A DNA stretch of 64,000 bases, taken from positions 1 to 64,000 of the IMG/VR virus record IMGVR_UViG_3300035494_000060; one strand, given 5' to 3'. Positions 41,515 through 49,301 of this stretch are shown in pieces. Each line of letters begins with the position of its first letter. Position 1 is the first letter of the stretch. The DNA comes from a virus. The notes beneath the pieces are model-generated. The model saw only the letters and a list, made by a program, of their open reading frames with translations. It was not told where the DNA came from and did no database searches. Made by a program: the position numbers and the translations under genes.

Positions 41515-42297
41515 TTAAGGTTCGTGGGTCAGGGGCCCCCATTCATAGACGGTCTCGGGTGTGACTTCCTCAGTGGATTCCCCCCAGGTGGGTGTGAGTA
41601 GTTCCCGCGTCTTCTTGGCCCCGATGGTCATCAGGGGATCAAGGATGGAGGTCATGCCATTGAGGTTCAGGGTTCCCGCCACGGTCTCGTAGCTGTCGGG
41701 CATCTTGTAGTTCTGGATGTGGAGTTCGATGCCCTTCTCCTTGAAGGCGGGCCGCCGGATGTAGTTGGTCATGGCCGCGCCGCCTCCCAGGTAGTCGGTG
41801 CCTCCCACGGCTTCCACCATCTTCGCTACCCACTCACTGGCATCCCATTCGGGTTGGCGGTCCCCGAGCAGAGCCCAGGCGTCCACGACTACCGCTTCGA
41901 TCCCGCACAGCTTGTTGGCCCAGTCCATGGTCGCGCCGGCGAAGACGGACAGGATCGGGGCCTCGCGTGCAATTAGCTGCAATCGTTCCAGCAGCTCCTC
42001 GCCGTGGTCCTTGTAGCCGGGGCACTTCCCGTAGTTGGCCTTCAGGGTCCCCTCAAACTTCTTGAGCCAGCGCATGGGCTGATCCAGCTCGATCTGGTTG
42101 AGCGGCCTGAAGTCCCGGTTCTTCAGCGGGACACTGAGCTTGGCGGGCCCCTGCTTGCTGAAGATGTCAGCGCGGGAGTGGTGGCCGAACTTGCTGTACT
42201 GGGCTTCCCCCATCAGCACGATGGCATCCACCAGGCGGAAGCGGTGCATCATGTAACAAGCCGGGAATAATAAAGTCTGGTTGCAGGTGACTTTCAA
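41515..42297 (-). CDS. WbqC-like family protein
   Basis: ORF-track 260 aa with TTG start. N-terminal FPACYMMHRFRLVDAIVLMGEAQYSKFGHHSRADI...LSVPLKN...W..KFEGTLKANYGKCPGY matches the remembered WbqC pattern. Confidence 0.55.
   Translation of the reverse strand: MKVTCNQTLLFPACYMMHRFRLVDAIVLMGEAQYSKFGHHSRADIFSKQGPAKLSVPLKNRDFRPLNQIELDQPMRWLKKFEGTLKANYGKCPGYKDHGEELLERLQLIAREAPILSVFAGATMDWANKLCGIEAVVVDAWALLGDRQPEWDASEWVAKMVEAVGGTDYLGGGAAMTNYIRRPAFKEKGIELHIQNYKMPDSYETVAGTLNLNGMTSILDPLMTIGAKKTRELLTPTWGESTEEVTPETVYEWGPLTHEP
41968..41981. repeat. 14-bp palindrome copy
   Basis: TGCAATTAGCTGCA inside the WbqC-like gene, read as L-Q-L-I-A. Confidence 0.9.
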
Positions 42298-42806
42298 TCT
42301 TCAATCTCCAGATGGGCCCACTTCCTGCCGGCCTTGATGTTGTAGGTGTAGCCCAAACTTATCCCGTATTGGGCGGCTAGAGCTTTAGGGTTCCCGCCGG
42401 CCAGCAGCGCCTTTTTCAGGGCCCTGGCTTGTTCTTCGGTCAGTTTGGCGTGTGGGTTGGCCTCACCAGGGTTCGAGTGATTCCTGCCCTTCTGGTGCAT
42501 GTCACGCATGTTGTCCAGCTGAGACCCAGCGAACAGGTGATCAGGTCGGGCACACGCGGGGTTGTCACAGGTATGGCAGACATGCAGCCCCTCGGGGATC
42601 GGCCCTTTGTGGGCCTCAAACATCAGACGATGCACGTAGATCATCTGGCCCGCGTCCGGGCTGTATATCATCCCGTAGCCTGCCGAAGACTTCCCATAGG
42701 GCCACTCCCAACAGCCCTCAGCGGGTTGTGGGAGGCGCCCCATCACGCGCTCTAGTGAGAGCTTATCCATAGGGCAGCAGGAGGGTCTGGTTGCAGGTGA
42801 CTTTCA
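42275..42806 (-). mobile_element. free-standing HNH homing-endonuclease insertion bounded by a 22-bp direct repeat
   Basis: GTCTGGTTGCAGGTGACTTTCA occurs at 42275..42296 and at 42785..42806. The repeat encodes the first 8 codons (MKVTCNQT) of the WbqC-like gene. GC looks locally lower by eye. Confidence 0.7.
42294..42770 (-). CDS. HNH homing endonuclease (HNH_3-type) with a C-terminal HTH
   Basis: CWEWPYGKSSAGYGMIY...YVHRLMFEAHKGPIPEGLHVCHTCDNPACARPDHLFAGSQLDNMRDM. Confidence 0.85.
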   Translation of the reverse strand: MDKLSLERVMGRLPQPAEGCWEWPYGKSSAGYGMIYSPDAGQMIYVHRLMFEAHKGPIPEGLHVCHTCDNPACARPDHLFAGSQLDNMRDMHQKGRNHSNPGEANPHAKLTEEQARALKKALLAGGNPKALAAQYGISLGYTYNIKAGRKWAHLEIED

Positions 42807-42807
42807 T
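42763..42807 (-). pseudogene. 14-codon remnant of the original WbqC-like 5' end (MKVTCNQTLLLPYG)
   Basis: Its ATG 42807 overlaps the methyltransferase TGA (ATGA). Its TAA stop lies 8 nt inside the HNH ORF. Confidence 0.55.
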
Positions 42808-43406
42808 AGCGGCTTACTCGGAATCAGCAGGAGGCGGTGCTTGTCCCCCGGCACCTGGGCGGCGATGCACTCGGACAGGGGGCAGCCAAAGGCTTCTTCG
42901 ATCTCCTCGTCCGTGTAGGAGCGGAACATGCCGTCATACTCGGGGGCGGGGTAGTAGGCCAGGGCGATGTAGCAGCCGGCCAGCTGGCGCAGTTCAGCGG
43001 CAAACCCCTTCAGGCCCCCCTCTGGCAGGGTCGACACCACGCCCACCGCTACAGCGACGTCATAGACGTTCTGCTCGTCGCGGATAAGGTCGCCCATCGT
43101 GCGGCACTCGATGCGGGCCTCCGGGTATTTGGACCGGCCTTCGTCTGCGATCCAGCGGATGGCGTCGATGCCGTGGTAGTCCGCCAGCGGCCTCGGGAAG
43201 TGGATGCTCAGGTCACCATAGCCACAGCCCACATCCAGAACATCGCTAGGGTACTCGCCCATCCGACCGATGATCATCAGTGCAATCAGTTGCAATCGCC
43301 GGGCGGGTAGGTCGGTGTTGGGCGACAGCAGGCCTTTCTGCTCACCCTTGTGGGCCTCCGCCTGCTGGTACATGGCGGCGTACTTTGGATCAATGGGTTG
43401 GGTCAT
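42804..43406 (-). CDS. class I SAM-dependent methyltransferase (small-molecule type)
   Basis: ORF 42804..43433, start reset to ATG 43406 (ATGA overlap). Motif I VLDVGCGYGDL. No DNA-methyltransferase DPPY or PC motifs seen. Confidence 0.75.
   Translation of the reverse strand: MTQPIDPKYAAMYQQAEAHKGEQKGLLSPNTDLPARRLQLIALMIIGRMGEYPSDVLDVGCGYGDLSIHFPRPLADYHGIDAIRWIADEGRSKYPEARIECRTMGDLIRDEQNVYDVAVAVGVVSTLPEGGLKGFAAELRQLAGCYIALAYYPAPEYDGMFRSYTDEEIEEAFGCPLSECIAAQVPGDKHRLLLIPSKPL
43281..43294. repeat. 14-bp palindrome copy
   Basis: TGCAATCAGTTGCA inside the methyltransferase gene, read as L-Q-L-I-A. Confidence 0.9.
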
Positions 43407-44446
43407 GGGTAGCTCCAGAAGGTGTTGGGCCATTGGTCATCGGGGTGCAGGCGCCCGAAGTTGCGGTGGGCAAGGCACATGCCCCACATGGCCCGGATGG
43501 TGCCGGCGAATCGCTCGTCATCGCCGTCCGTGTGGACTCCATCAGCAAAGTAGCTGGGGAAGTGTTTCTCGCTTGGGGTGTCCCAGTATTGGATGGCCTT
43601 GGCGATCAGGGGCTTCACCTCGGCCAGGGTGATCTTCGGCTCCATGGCCTGTAGTTCGTCAGAGCCGACCGGCTGGAACAGGCGAATCAGGGCTTGGCCG
43701 GTGTAGTTCCCGTCTGCTGACAGGTCCTTGAGGTTGTCCCGGTAGACCGCCAGGGTCCGCAGGGCGTCCTCCTTGCCCAGTTCGGTGGCCAGGGTGGTGA
43801 GTTCCTGGCACATGCGTGCCGCGTTCACCTTGCCCGCGTACAGGGCCTCCCAGGCGGCCACCGCCGTATCCATGTCGCCCGAGCGCACCGCCTCGGCCAT
43901 TTCGAGGTATTTCTCGTCCTCGGTGCGGCAGGCAAACACCTTGTGGTGGTTCAGGGCATTGCAGCGGCGGAAGGCCCGGATGTATTCGACCCCGCCCTCG
44001 TCGGCGTACCAGTTCGGGGTGCGGCAGAGGCGCATGACTTGCGCGCAGAGGTTGACCAGGGTGATGTTGGCGTAGTCCCGGCGCCATGCCGAGGTGCGCT
44101 CCATGGTGTACAGGGAAATGTTGTCCTCGCCGGCCATGATCATCACACGGCGTATCAGGCGAAACTTCTGGTCGGGGATGCGCCAGAGGTAGACCGCGTA
44201 TTTCACGGCCTCGTATTCCCAGCGTAGGCGCTGGCTCTTGATCAGCCCGGACATGGCCCGCCCGGGGGTTACCTTTCTGACTTTATCGCTCACTACGTGG
44301 CCCCTCATGTGTTTGCATGGTGTCTTCCGCTTCTTGAAGGCGGGGCAGGTGCAGGTCTTGGCCGCGATGTCGACCGTGTAGAAGACCCCAGGCTCGCTGA
44401 AGCTCTCCACTTGGATGGCGTTGCCGATCAGGTCCAACTGCTGCAT
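43403..44446 (-). CDS. SWIM zinc-finger protein (347 aa)
   Basis: ORF 43403..44551, start reset to ATG 44446, downstream of P20. CTCPAFKKRKTPCKH fits the CxC-Xn-CxH pattern. Confidence 0.6.
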   Translation of the reverse strand: MQQLDLIGNAIQVESFSEPGVFYTVDIAAKTCTCPAFKKRKTPCKHMRGHVVSDKVRKVTPGRAMSGLIKSQRLRWEYEAVKYAVYLWRIPDQKFRLIRRVMIMAGEDNISLYTMERTSAWRRDYANITLVNLCAQVMRLCRTPNWYADEGGVEYIRAFRRCNALNHHKVFACRTEDEKYLEMAEAVRSGDMDTAVAAWEALYAGKVNAARMCQELTTLATELGKEDALRTLAVYRDNLKDLSADGNYTGQALIRLFQPVGSDELQAMEPKITLAEVKPLIAKAIQYWDTPSEKHFPSYFADGVHTDGDDERFAGTIRAMWGMCLAHRNFGRLHPDDQWPNTFWSYP

Positions 44447-44474
44447 ATCCGCGCCCTCTGCGTCTTGACCCCTT

Positions 44475-44503
44475 ATTCTCCCACCCCCACCTATGTTTGT
44501 CAA
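44475..44503 (-). promoter_or_regulatory. conserved sigma70-like promoter P20
   Basis: TTGACA-N17-GAGAAT. A terminator lies just upstream. Confidence 0.7.
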
Positions 44504-44513
44504 ACGGTGGCCC

Positions 44514-44543
44514 ATAAAAAAGCCCCCTGGGGGAAGGGGGCTA
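44514..44543 (-). terminator. intrinsic terminator
   Basis: Minus strand AGCCCCCT-TCCC-CAGGGGGCT followed by TTTTTTA. Confidence 0.7.
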
Positions 44544-44562
44544 GGGTCCAACGAGGAGGGGG

Positions 44563-45429
44563 TTACATGGTCACTTCGAGGTCCACGCCAGGGAAGCAGG
44601 TCTCGAAGATTTCCAGCACCTTTTCGACACCGGCGGCTTTCATCAGTTCCGCCAGGGAGGGCTGCTTGGTCTTGTTGCTGCCGCCGGTCGCGTAGGACTG
44701 GCAGATGTGCTCCAGGGCCACCGCGTCGTACTCGGTGCCGTAGTCTTCCTTCGCCTTGTCGACGGTGGCTCGGATGACTTCCTTCTGGTCGGTGTGAACC
44801 TTGAAGGTCAGGGTGGTGATCGGGGAGCTGGGGGCCTCCGGCATTTCTGGAGCCGTGCCAGGAGTCTTCAGCGACTTGATGTACTCGATCAGCTCCAGGA
44901 CGGTCATGGTCTGAGCCTTCTCGACCAGGGCGTCCACGTTGTCGTTGTTCAGGATCGGGGACAGTTCCTTGAGCTTGGTCCAGCCCAGGCCCTGCACCTT
45001 CTCCCAGGCCACGCCCGACTCCACCAGATCGTTGTAAATCTGGATCAAGTACATCGCCTTGCGGTATTGCAGGCCGTACTCGGCATTGATGAACGCCTTG
45101 AAGCTATCGTGGCCGTGGCCTTCCCAGTAGCTCTTGGTCTGGATCAGTGCCAGGACGCCACCCAACTTGAAGTAGGTCTCGTCGACCGACTCCAGCAGGT
45201 CCTTGGCCGAGCTGATCGCCGCGTCCTCAGCCATGTTCTCGATTTCAGAGACAATGTTGACGATGACGTCCGTCTCTGCCGTGGCCTTGGCTTTCGCGGT
45301 GGCCTTCTTGGCCGCAGCCGGCTTCTTCTTCACGGCAGTGGTGGTGCCCGCTTCGGACTCAACCGCTGCTGCTTCGGTGGTGCCAACTGCTTCTTCTGCT
45401 GCTTCGGGTTTCTTCTTGGAAATTGCCAT
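44563..45429 (-). CDS. hypothetical protein with MAISKKK N-terminus and a Lys/Ala-rich tract
   Basis: ORF-track 288 aa. Lies downstream of P21. No family recognised. Confidence 0.65.
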   Translation of the reverse strand: MAISKKKPEAAEEAVGTTEAAAVESEAGTTTAVKKKPAAAKKATAKAKATAETDVIVNIVSEIENMAEDAAISSAKDLLESVDETYFKLGGVLALIQTKSYWEGHGHDSFKAFINAEYGLQYRKAMYLIQIYNDLVESGVAWEKVQGLGWTKLKELSPILNNDNVDALVEKAQTMTVLELIEYIKSLKTPGTAPEMPEAPSSPITTLTFKVHTDQKEVIRATVDKAKEDYGTEYDAVALEHICQSYATGGSNKTKQPSLAELMKAAGVEKVLEIFETCFPGVDLEVTM

Positions 45430-45473
45430 TTGGTGTTCCCTCCATGCGGGGTAAGGTTTGTTTCGACAGGGTT

Positions 45474-45502
45474 AGTCTCGCAATCCCCGCTATGTTCGTC
45501 AA
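45474..45502 (-). promoter_or_regulatory. conserved sigma70-like promoter P21
   Basis: TTGACG-N17-GAGACT. A palindrome lies 9 bp upstream. Confidence 0.7.
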
Positions 45503-45511
45503 GTAGTTGAG

Positions 45512-45525
45512 TGCAATTAGTTGCA
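45512..45525. repeat. 14-bp palindrome copy
   Basis: TGCAATTAGTTGCA, 9 bp upstream of the P21 -35. Contains the TAA stop of the RuvC-like gene. Confidence 0.9.
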
Positions 45526-46068
45526 GATTTTTTCCTTATGGAGAGCGTGCACCGCTTCCATATTCACCTGAGGCAAACCCAAGTTGGCCCCGTCATACGC
45601 CCGAGCGAAGAATGCCAGACCAACCGCGTCTGCTTCGTTATCGGTCGCGCAGGATACCCCAAAGCGCTGAAAAACGCTGAGCAGCATCATGTCCTTTTTC
45701 GCATTGCCCTTGCCGGAGACGAACTTCTTCAGGCTCGTCGGCGGCACTTCCAGGTAGTCCAGGCCGCACTGCATAAGGCGTAGACGCAGGATCGTGCCCA
45801 GTTCCACCATCGTCGCCTGGTTGAAGTTGGAGGCGAAACTGTAGCCCTCGATCACTGCTCGTGTGACCTTGTGGCGTGCAATCAGTTCCTCGATCTGATC
45901 TGCCAGCCACAGGGCCCGGGGGATTCCGGTCTTGCCCTTGGGGGTCTTGATTTCCCCCGACAGCTCCAGGCGGTCGCCTACGGTGACGGCATAGCCGCAC
46001 TTGGTTGAGGGGTCGACGGCCAGGGTGACCACCTCCCCTTTTGGCTTCTGTTTGATCGTGATGGCCAC
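45517..46068 (-). CDS. RuvC-like Holliday-junction resolvase
   Basis: GTG 46068 overlaps the upstream TAG by 1 nt, giving the N-terminus (M)AITIKQKPKG. LAVDPSTKCGYAV, VIEGYSF, DNEADAVGLAFFA. Confidence 0.75.
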   Translation of the reverse strand: MAITIKQKPKGEVVTLAVDPSTKCGYAVTVGDRLELSGEIKTPKGKTGIPRALWLADQIEELIARHKVTRAVIEGYSFASNFNQATMVELGTILRLRLMQCGLDYLEVPPTSLKKFVSGKGNAKKDMMLLSVFQRFGVSCATDNEADAVGLAFFARAYDGANLGLPQVNMEAVHALHKEKICN

Positions 46069-46991
46069 TAGGCGGGCTCCAGGTTCTTGAGCTTGATGAC
46101 TGTGCCCGGGTCGTACTTGCCGCTGAAGCAAGCCTTCACCGAAGAGCACCCCTGAGCCCGCTTGCAGAGGACGTTGGGGCAAATGCCGCTGGGTATGGTG
46201 CCCGTCTCGCGGAAGAGCTTCAAGGCCCGCGCCTTGTTCATGTAGACCCCGGTGGCGGTGTCATCCCGAACCACCGAGAACTCCTTGAAGGGGCTGAAGG
46301 CGGTGTCCGGGTGCTTGAACTTCATGCCGTCCGTCTTCACCCCGAAGCCCTTCATCATGTACAGCACCCGGGCGCGCTCGGTGTTGATGTGGCCGCGCAT
46401 GGGGTGGTCGCTGTCCTCGATCAGGCGGAGGTACAGGTTCGTCCGCAGCCGGTGCTCGGGCTTCGGGGCCATCAGGGTCTTGAAGTCATCCGCCTTGATC
46501 GACTTCAGCTCCACCACTTCCAGAGGCCCGGTATTGAGGTCGACCAACAGGTCTATCCCGCCAGAGGCCCCGGAGGTCTTGCTGATGAAGCGCACCTCCT
46601 CATAGCGGAAGGCGTCCTCCGCGCCGCAGCTGGAACACCAGCCCGGGCGCTTCTGGAACGTGTGCAATTGATTGCAGCGAACGCAGGTCCAATCCCCCAC
46701 GGCAATCGGAAGCGCCCACTTGTTGCAGAGCAGCTCAGCCAGTGAGTTGCCCATGTCGAAGGTGTAGCGCAGGGCCGTGCCTACGGCCTTGGGTTTGCGG
46801 GTGTCCGGGAACAGGTCCGCCAGGGCGTGCTCCCGGGGGCAGTAGGGCGTCTCCTCGTTGGTTATGTCTGAGGCATGGATGCGGGTCGCAGGGCGGGGCG
46901 GCTCGTAGGCCGCCATGTTGGCGTGTAGGGCGTGGATCAGCTCCGTCCCCACGGGCACGGCATTGAGCTTGACCTTCTGCACGAACTTCAC
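46068..46991 (-). CDS. PD-(D/E)XK (Cas4/RecB-like) exonuclease with Cys clusters
   Basis: GIDLLVD...LEVVELKSIK core. N-terminal YCPRE, C-terminal CPNVLCKRAQGC, and an inserted CVRC...CSSCG ribbon. Confidence 0.7.
   Translation of the reverse strand: MKFVQKVKLNAVPVGTELIHALHANMAAYEPPRPATRIHASDITNEETPYCPREHALADLFPDTRKPKAVGTALRYTFDMGNSLAELLCNKWALPIAVGDWTCVRCNQLHTFQKRPGWCSSCGAEDAFRYEEVRFISKTSGASGGIDLLVDLNTGPLEVVELKSIKADDFKTLMAPKPEHRLRTNLYLRLIEDSDHPMRGHINTERARVLYMMKGFGVKTDGMKFKHPDTAFSPFKEFSVVRDDTATGVYMNKARALKLFRETGTIPSGICPNVLCKRAQGCSSVKACFSGKYDPGTVIKLKNLEPA
46663..46676. repeat. 14-bp palindrome copy
   Basis: TGCAATTGATTGCA (perfect arms) inside the nuclease gene, read as C-N-Q-L-H. Confidence 0.9.
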
Positions 46992-47389
46992 TGGGCACCC
47001 CCTGTCAGGCGCAGGAAGTCAGCCTCGGGGATGGCGACCCAGGCGCCTTCCCGGCGGACCACCCCGGATTTGTCCGTGAACAGCAGCTGGAGTGCCGGGA
47101 CCTGGTTGAGAGAATTGGCCTCGTGGCTGATCTTCAGCAGCCACTCGTGCTTGACGCTCAGGCTGTCCTTGATGGTCTGCTTGTGCTCCAGGCGGAAGGC
47201 GAGGGCGGGGGACAGGAACACCCCATCCCCCTTGTCCCCATCGGTGGCGCCGGAGTTGGCGGTGGCCTTGGCGCCGATCCTGGCCATGGTACGGCTCTCG
47301 GTGTACTTGCCCAGGCAGTCGCCAGCCCCGAGCTTGCCCTTCCTGGCCACGGTCTTGCCCCTGAGGGTGGTGGGCTTGAGTGCCGACAT
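46988..47389 (-). CDS. hypothetical protein (possible small PD-(D/E)XK-type nuclease)
   Basis: ORF-track 133 aa. GATDGDKGD...RLEHKQT is weakly nuclease-like. Confidence 0.45.
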   Translation of the reverse strand: MSALKPTTLRGKTVARKGKLGAGDCLGKYTESRTMARIGAKATANSGATDGDKGDGVFLSPALAFRLEHKQTIKDSLSVKHEWLLKISHEANSLNQVPALQLLFTDKSGVVRREGAWVAIPEADFLRLTGGAQ

Positions 47390-48489
47390 CAGTCATCCCC
47401 CTCCTGGGCATCCACCATGGTCGCGCCCTCCAGTAGCCGGCGGCAGACGTCCGCCCTCACCTTATCCAGCAGACCCGGGGTGCCCATCACGTGCTCCTTG
47501 ATCTGCTTGATGGTGGGGAACTCCTCACCGTAGAACTGGAACTTGGTGCCCACCTTATCGAGCAGCCCGAGGCCTTTCAGCTTGTGCGTCAGCGGGTTCC
47601 AGTCGTCGCACTCGCCCACGGCCAGCCCCTTGTGCGGGATGACCACCATTTTGTACTCGAAGTTGGTCTGGAGGATCGGCACCTTCCACTTGCGGATGAT
47701 GCAGGTGGTGACCTTCATGGCTGGCAGGACCGGATTGACCTCCTTGACCACTTCGTTCTTGCCGTAGAGGCGGATGGTCATCGAGCTGGCGAACATCAGC
47801 GGTTTGCCCCCGGGCATGGTCTCCGGGTCACCGTGCATCACCCCGATCTTGAGGCGAATCTGGTTGACCGCGATGAAGGTGGGGAACCGGCCCTGCTTCT
47901 TCGCTTTCATCTGCCCCAGGACGATCTTGCGGGCCAGCTTGCCCACCACCAGGGAGGCCCCCCCGACGATGGCGCCCTCGGCGGACTTCTCGGTCTCGGC
48001 GTGGGTGACCAGGGCGGCGATGCTGTCGAAGATGATCAGCCCGATGTTGTCCGCCTCCATGAGCATGTCAGCGATGTCCACGGCCTGCTCGGCAAAGTCA
48101 GGTTGGATGATGTGCAGCTTGTTGAGGTTGACGCCCATCTTCTTGGCCCAGGCCGGGTCGAAGGCATTCTCCAGGTCGACGAACACGCACTCCTCGTCGG
48201 GCCAGAGGCGCTGGTGGTTGGCAATGGTCTTCAGAATCAGGTTGGTCTTGCCCGAGGACTCCGGGCCATAGACGATGCTGATCTTTCCTCGGGGGAATCC
48301 ACCCCCGGTGGCGATGTCGACATCGAGCAACCCGGTCGGGATTCGCTCAACGACCACGTTCTCGGCCTCGCTGGCCAGCAGAGAGACGCCATCCCCCAGC
48401 TTGTCCTTGACCCCTTTGAGCAGGCTGCTGACGCTGCTTTTGGAGAGCGGCTTGGCCTCTCCGTTCTTACCCTTCACGCTTACTGCCAT
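47389..48489 (-). CDS. RecA-family recombinase
   Basis: ORF 47389..48681, start reset to ATG 48489 (MAVSVKGKNG). LDVDIATGGGFPRGKISIVYGPESSGKT and GLIIFDSIAAL. Confidence 0.85.
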   Translation of the reverse strand: MAVSVKGKNGEAKPLSKSSVSSLLKGVKDKLGDGVSLLASEAENVVVERIPTGLLDVDIATGGGFPRGKISIVYGPESSGKTNLILKTIANHQRLWPDEECVFVDLENAFDPAWAKKMGVNLNKLHIIQPDFAEQAVDIADMLMEADNIGLIIFDSIAALVTHAETEKSAEGAIVGGASLVVGKLARKIVLGQMKAKKQGRFPTFIAVNQIRLKIGVMHGDPETMPGGKPLMFASSMTIRLYGKNEVVKEVNPVLPAMKVTTCIIRKWKVPILQTNFEYKMVVIPHKGLAVGECDDWNPLTHKLKGLGLLDKVGTKFQFYGEEFPTIKQIKEHVMGTPGLLDKVRADVCRRLLEGATMVDAQEGDD

Positions 48490-48509
48490 GGTGCCCCCAA
48501 ATGCCCCAG

Positions 48510-48938
48510 TCAGGCCTGATTCAACACTTCTTCCATCTTGCGGTTCACCCAGTCCTGACCGAAGGCTAGCGCCGTGTCTATGCCCTCCAGAGGGACCGGG
48601 ATGTTGATGCTCACCTGCACCTTGAAGCTGTTGTAGTCCCCCAGGTTGCGGGTGGCCCCAGCACTGAAGCCCACGTTGCACAGTGGCTGGTCGGAGGAAA
48701 CGGAGTACAGGTGCTCCTCGGTGAAGGTTTCAGCCCCCGACTTCTTCTCGTGGGTGGTGATGGTCGCCTTGGCGTTCTTGGACTTCAGGTCCCCGCCCGC
48801 GCCTTGCTCGTCCCAGGGCATGGATTCGGCAGGGGCTGCGCCCTTCTTCTTCGCCACAGCGCCGCTGGGCTTCTTCTCTTGGGTGTCGTCAGGCGGGGTG
48901 GCGCCGGCTTTGGTCTTGAGCTTAATGGCCACTGTCAT
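48510..48938 (-). CDS. hypothetical protein with MTVAIKLK N-terminus
   Basis: ORF 48510..49007, start reset to ATG 48938. Confidence 0.55.
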   Translation of the reverse strand: MTVAIKLKTKAGATPPDDTQEKKPSGAVAKKKGAAPAESMPWDEQGAGGDLKSKNAKATITTHEKKSGAETFTEEHLYSVSSDQPLCNVGFSAGATRNLGDYNSFKVQVSINIPVPLEGIDTALAFGQDWVNRKMEEVLNQA

Positions 48939-49287
48939 GCTCCTTGTAGAAGGCGGTGATCTTTGCAACATCTGAGGCGGTGAACAGGCGCGCATGGTAC
49001 TCGCCAATCTCCGGCCATGGGATGTTGCCCTTGGTGCCGTGCCACTTCAGGGACTCCACGGTCTTTCCGACCTTGGCCGCCACCTCGGAAGTGGTGAACG
49101 TGTTCGCCGGGCGAGCCGGCTTGGCAGTTGCGCCCGCATTGCGACGCTTTTCCTGCACGGCCTCCAGTTGGGCCTTGCGGTACTCGGGGTCGTTCTTGTA
49201 GCGCTCGCGGCGCTTGCGGTTGTATTCGTCTCGGTTCTTGTCGTACCAGCGGGTGAAGGTGCTGGTGCCTGCGGTGTCGTTACTCAT
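48922..49287 (-). CDS. putative MerR/excisionase-type HTH protein
   Basis: Part of ORF 48922..49755. Start ATG 49287. FTTSEVAAKVGKTVESLKWH. Confidence 0.5.
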   Translation of the reverse strand: MSNDTAGTSTFTRWYDKNRDEYNRKRRERYKNDPEYRKAQLEAVQEKRRNAGATAKPARPANTFTTSEVAAKVGKTVESLKWHGTKGNIPWPEIGEYHARLFTASDVAKITAFYKEHDSGH

Positions 49288-49301
49288 GGGGTGGGTTCCT
49301 T

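Noticed and set aside
42804-43406. The methyltransferase as a DNA methyltransferase acting on the TGCA-containing palindrome.
   Set aside because: Only the generic class I motif I (VLDVGCGYG) is present. I saw no DPPY/NPPY or PCQ catalytic motifs and no target-recognition domain. It looks like a small-molecule or sugar methyltransferase.
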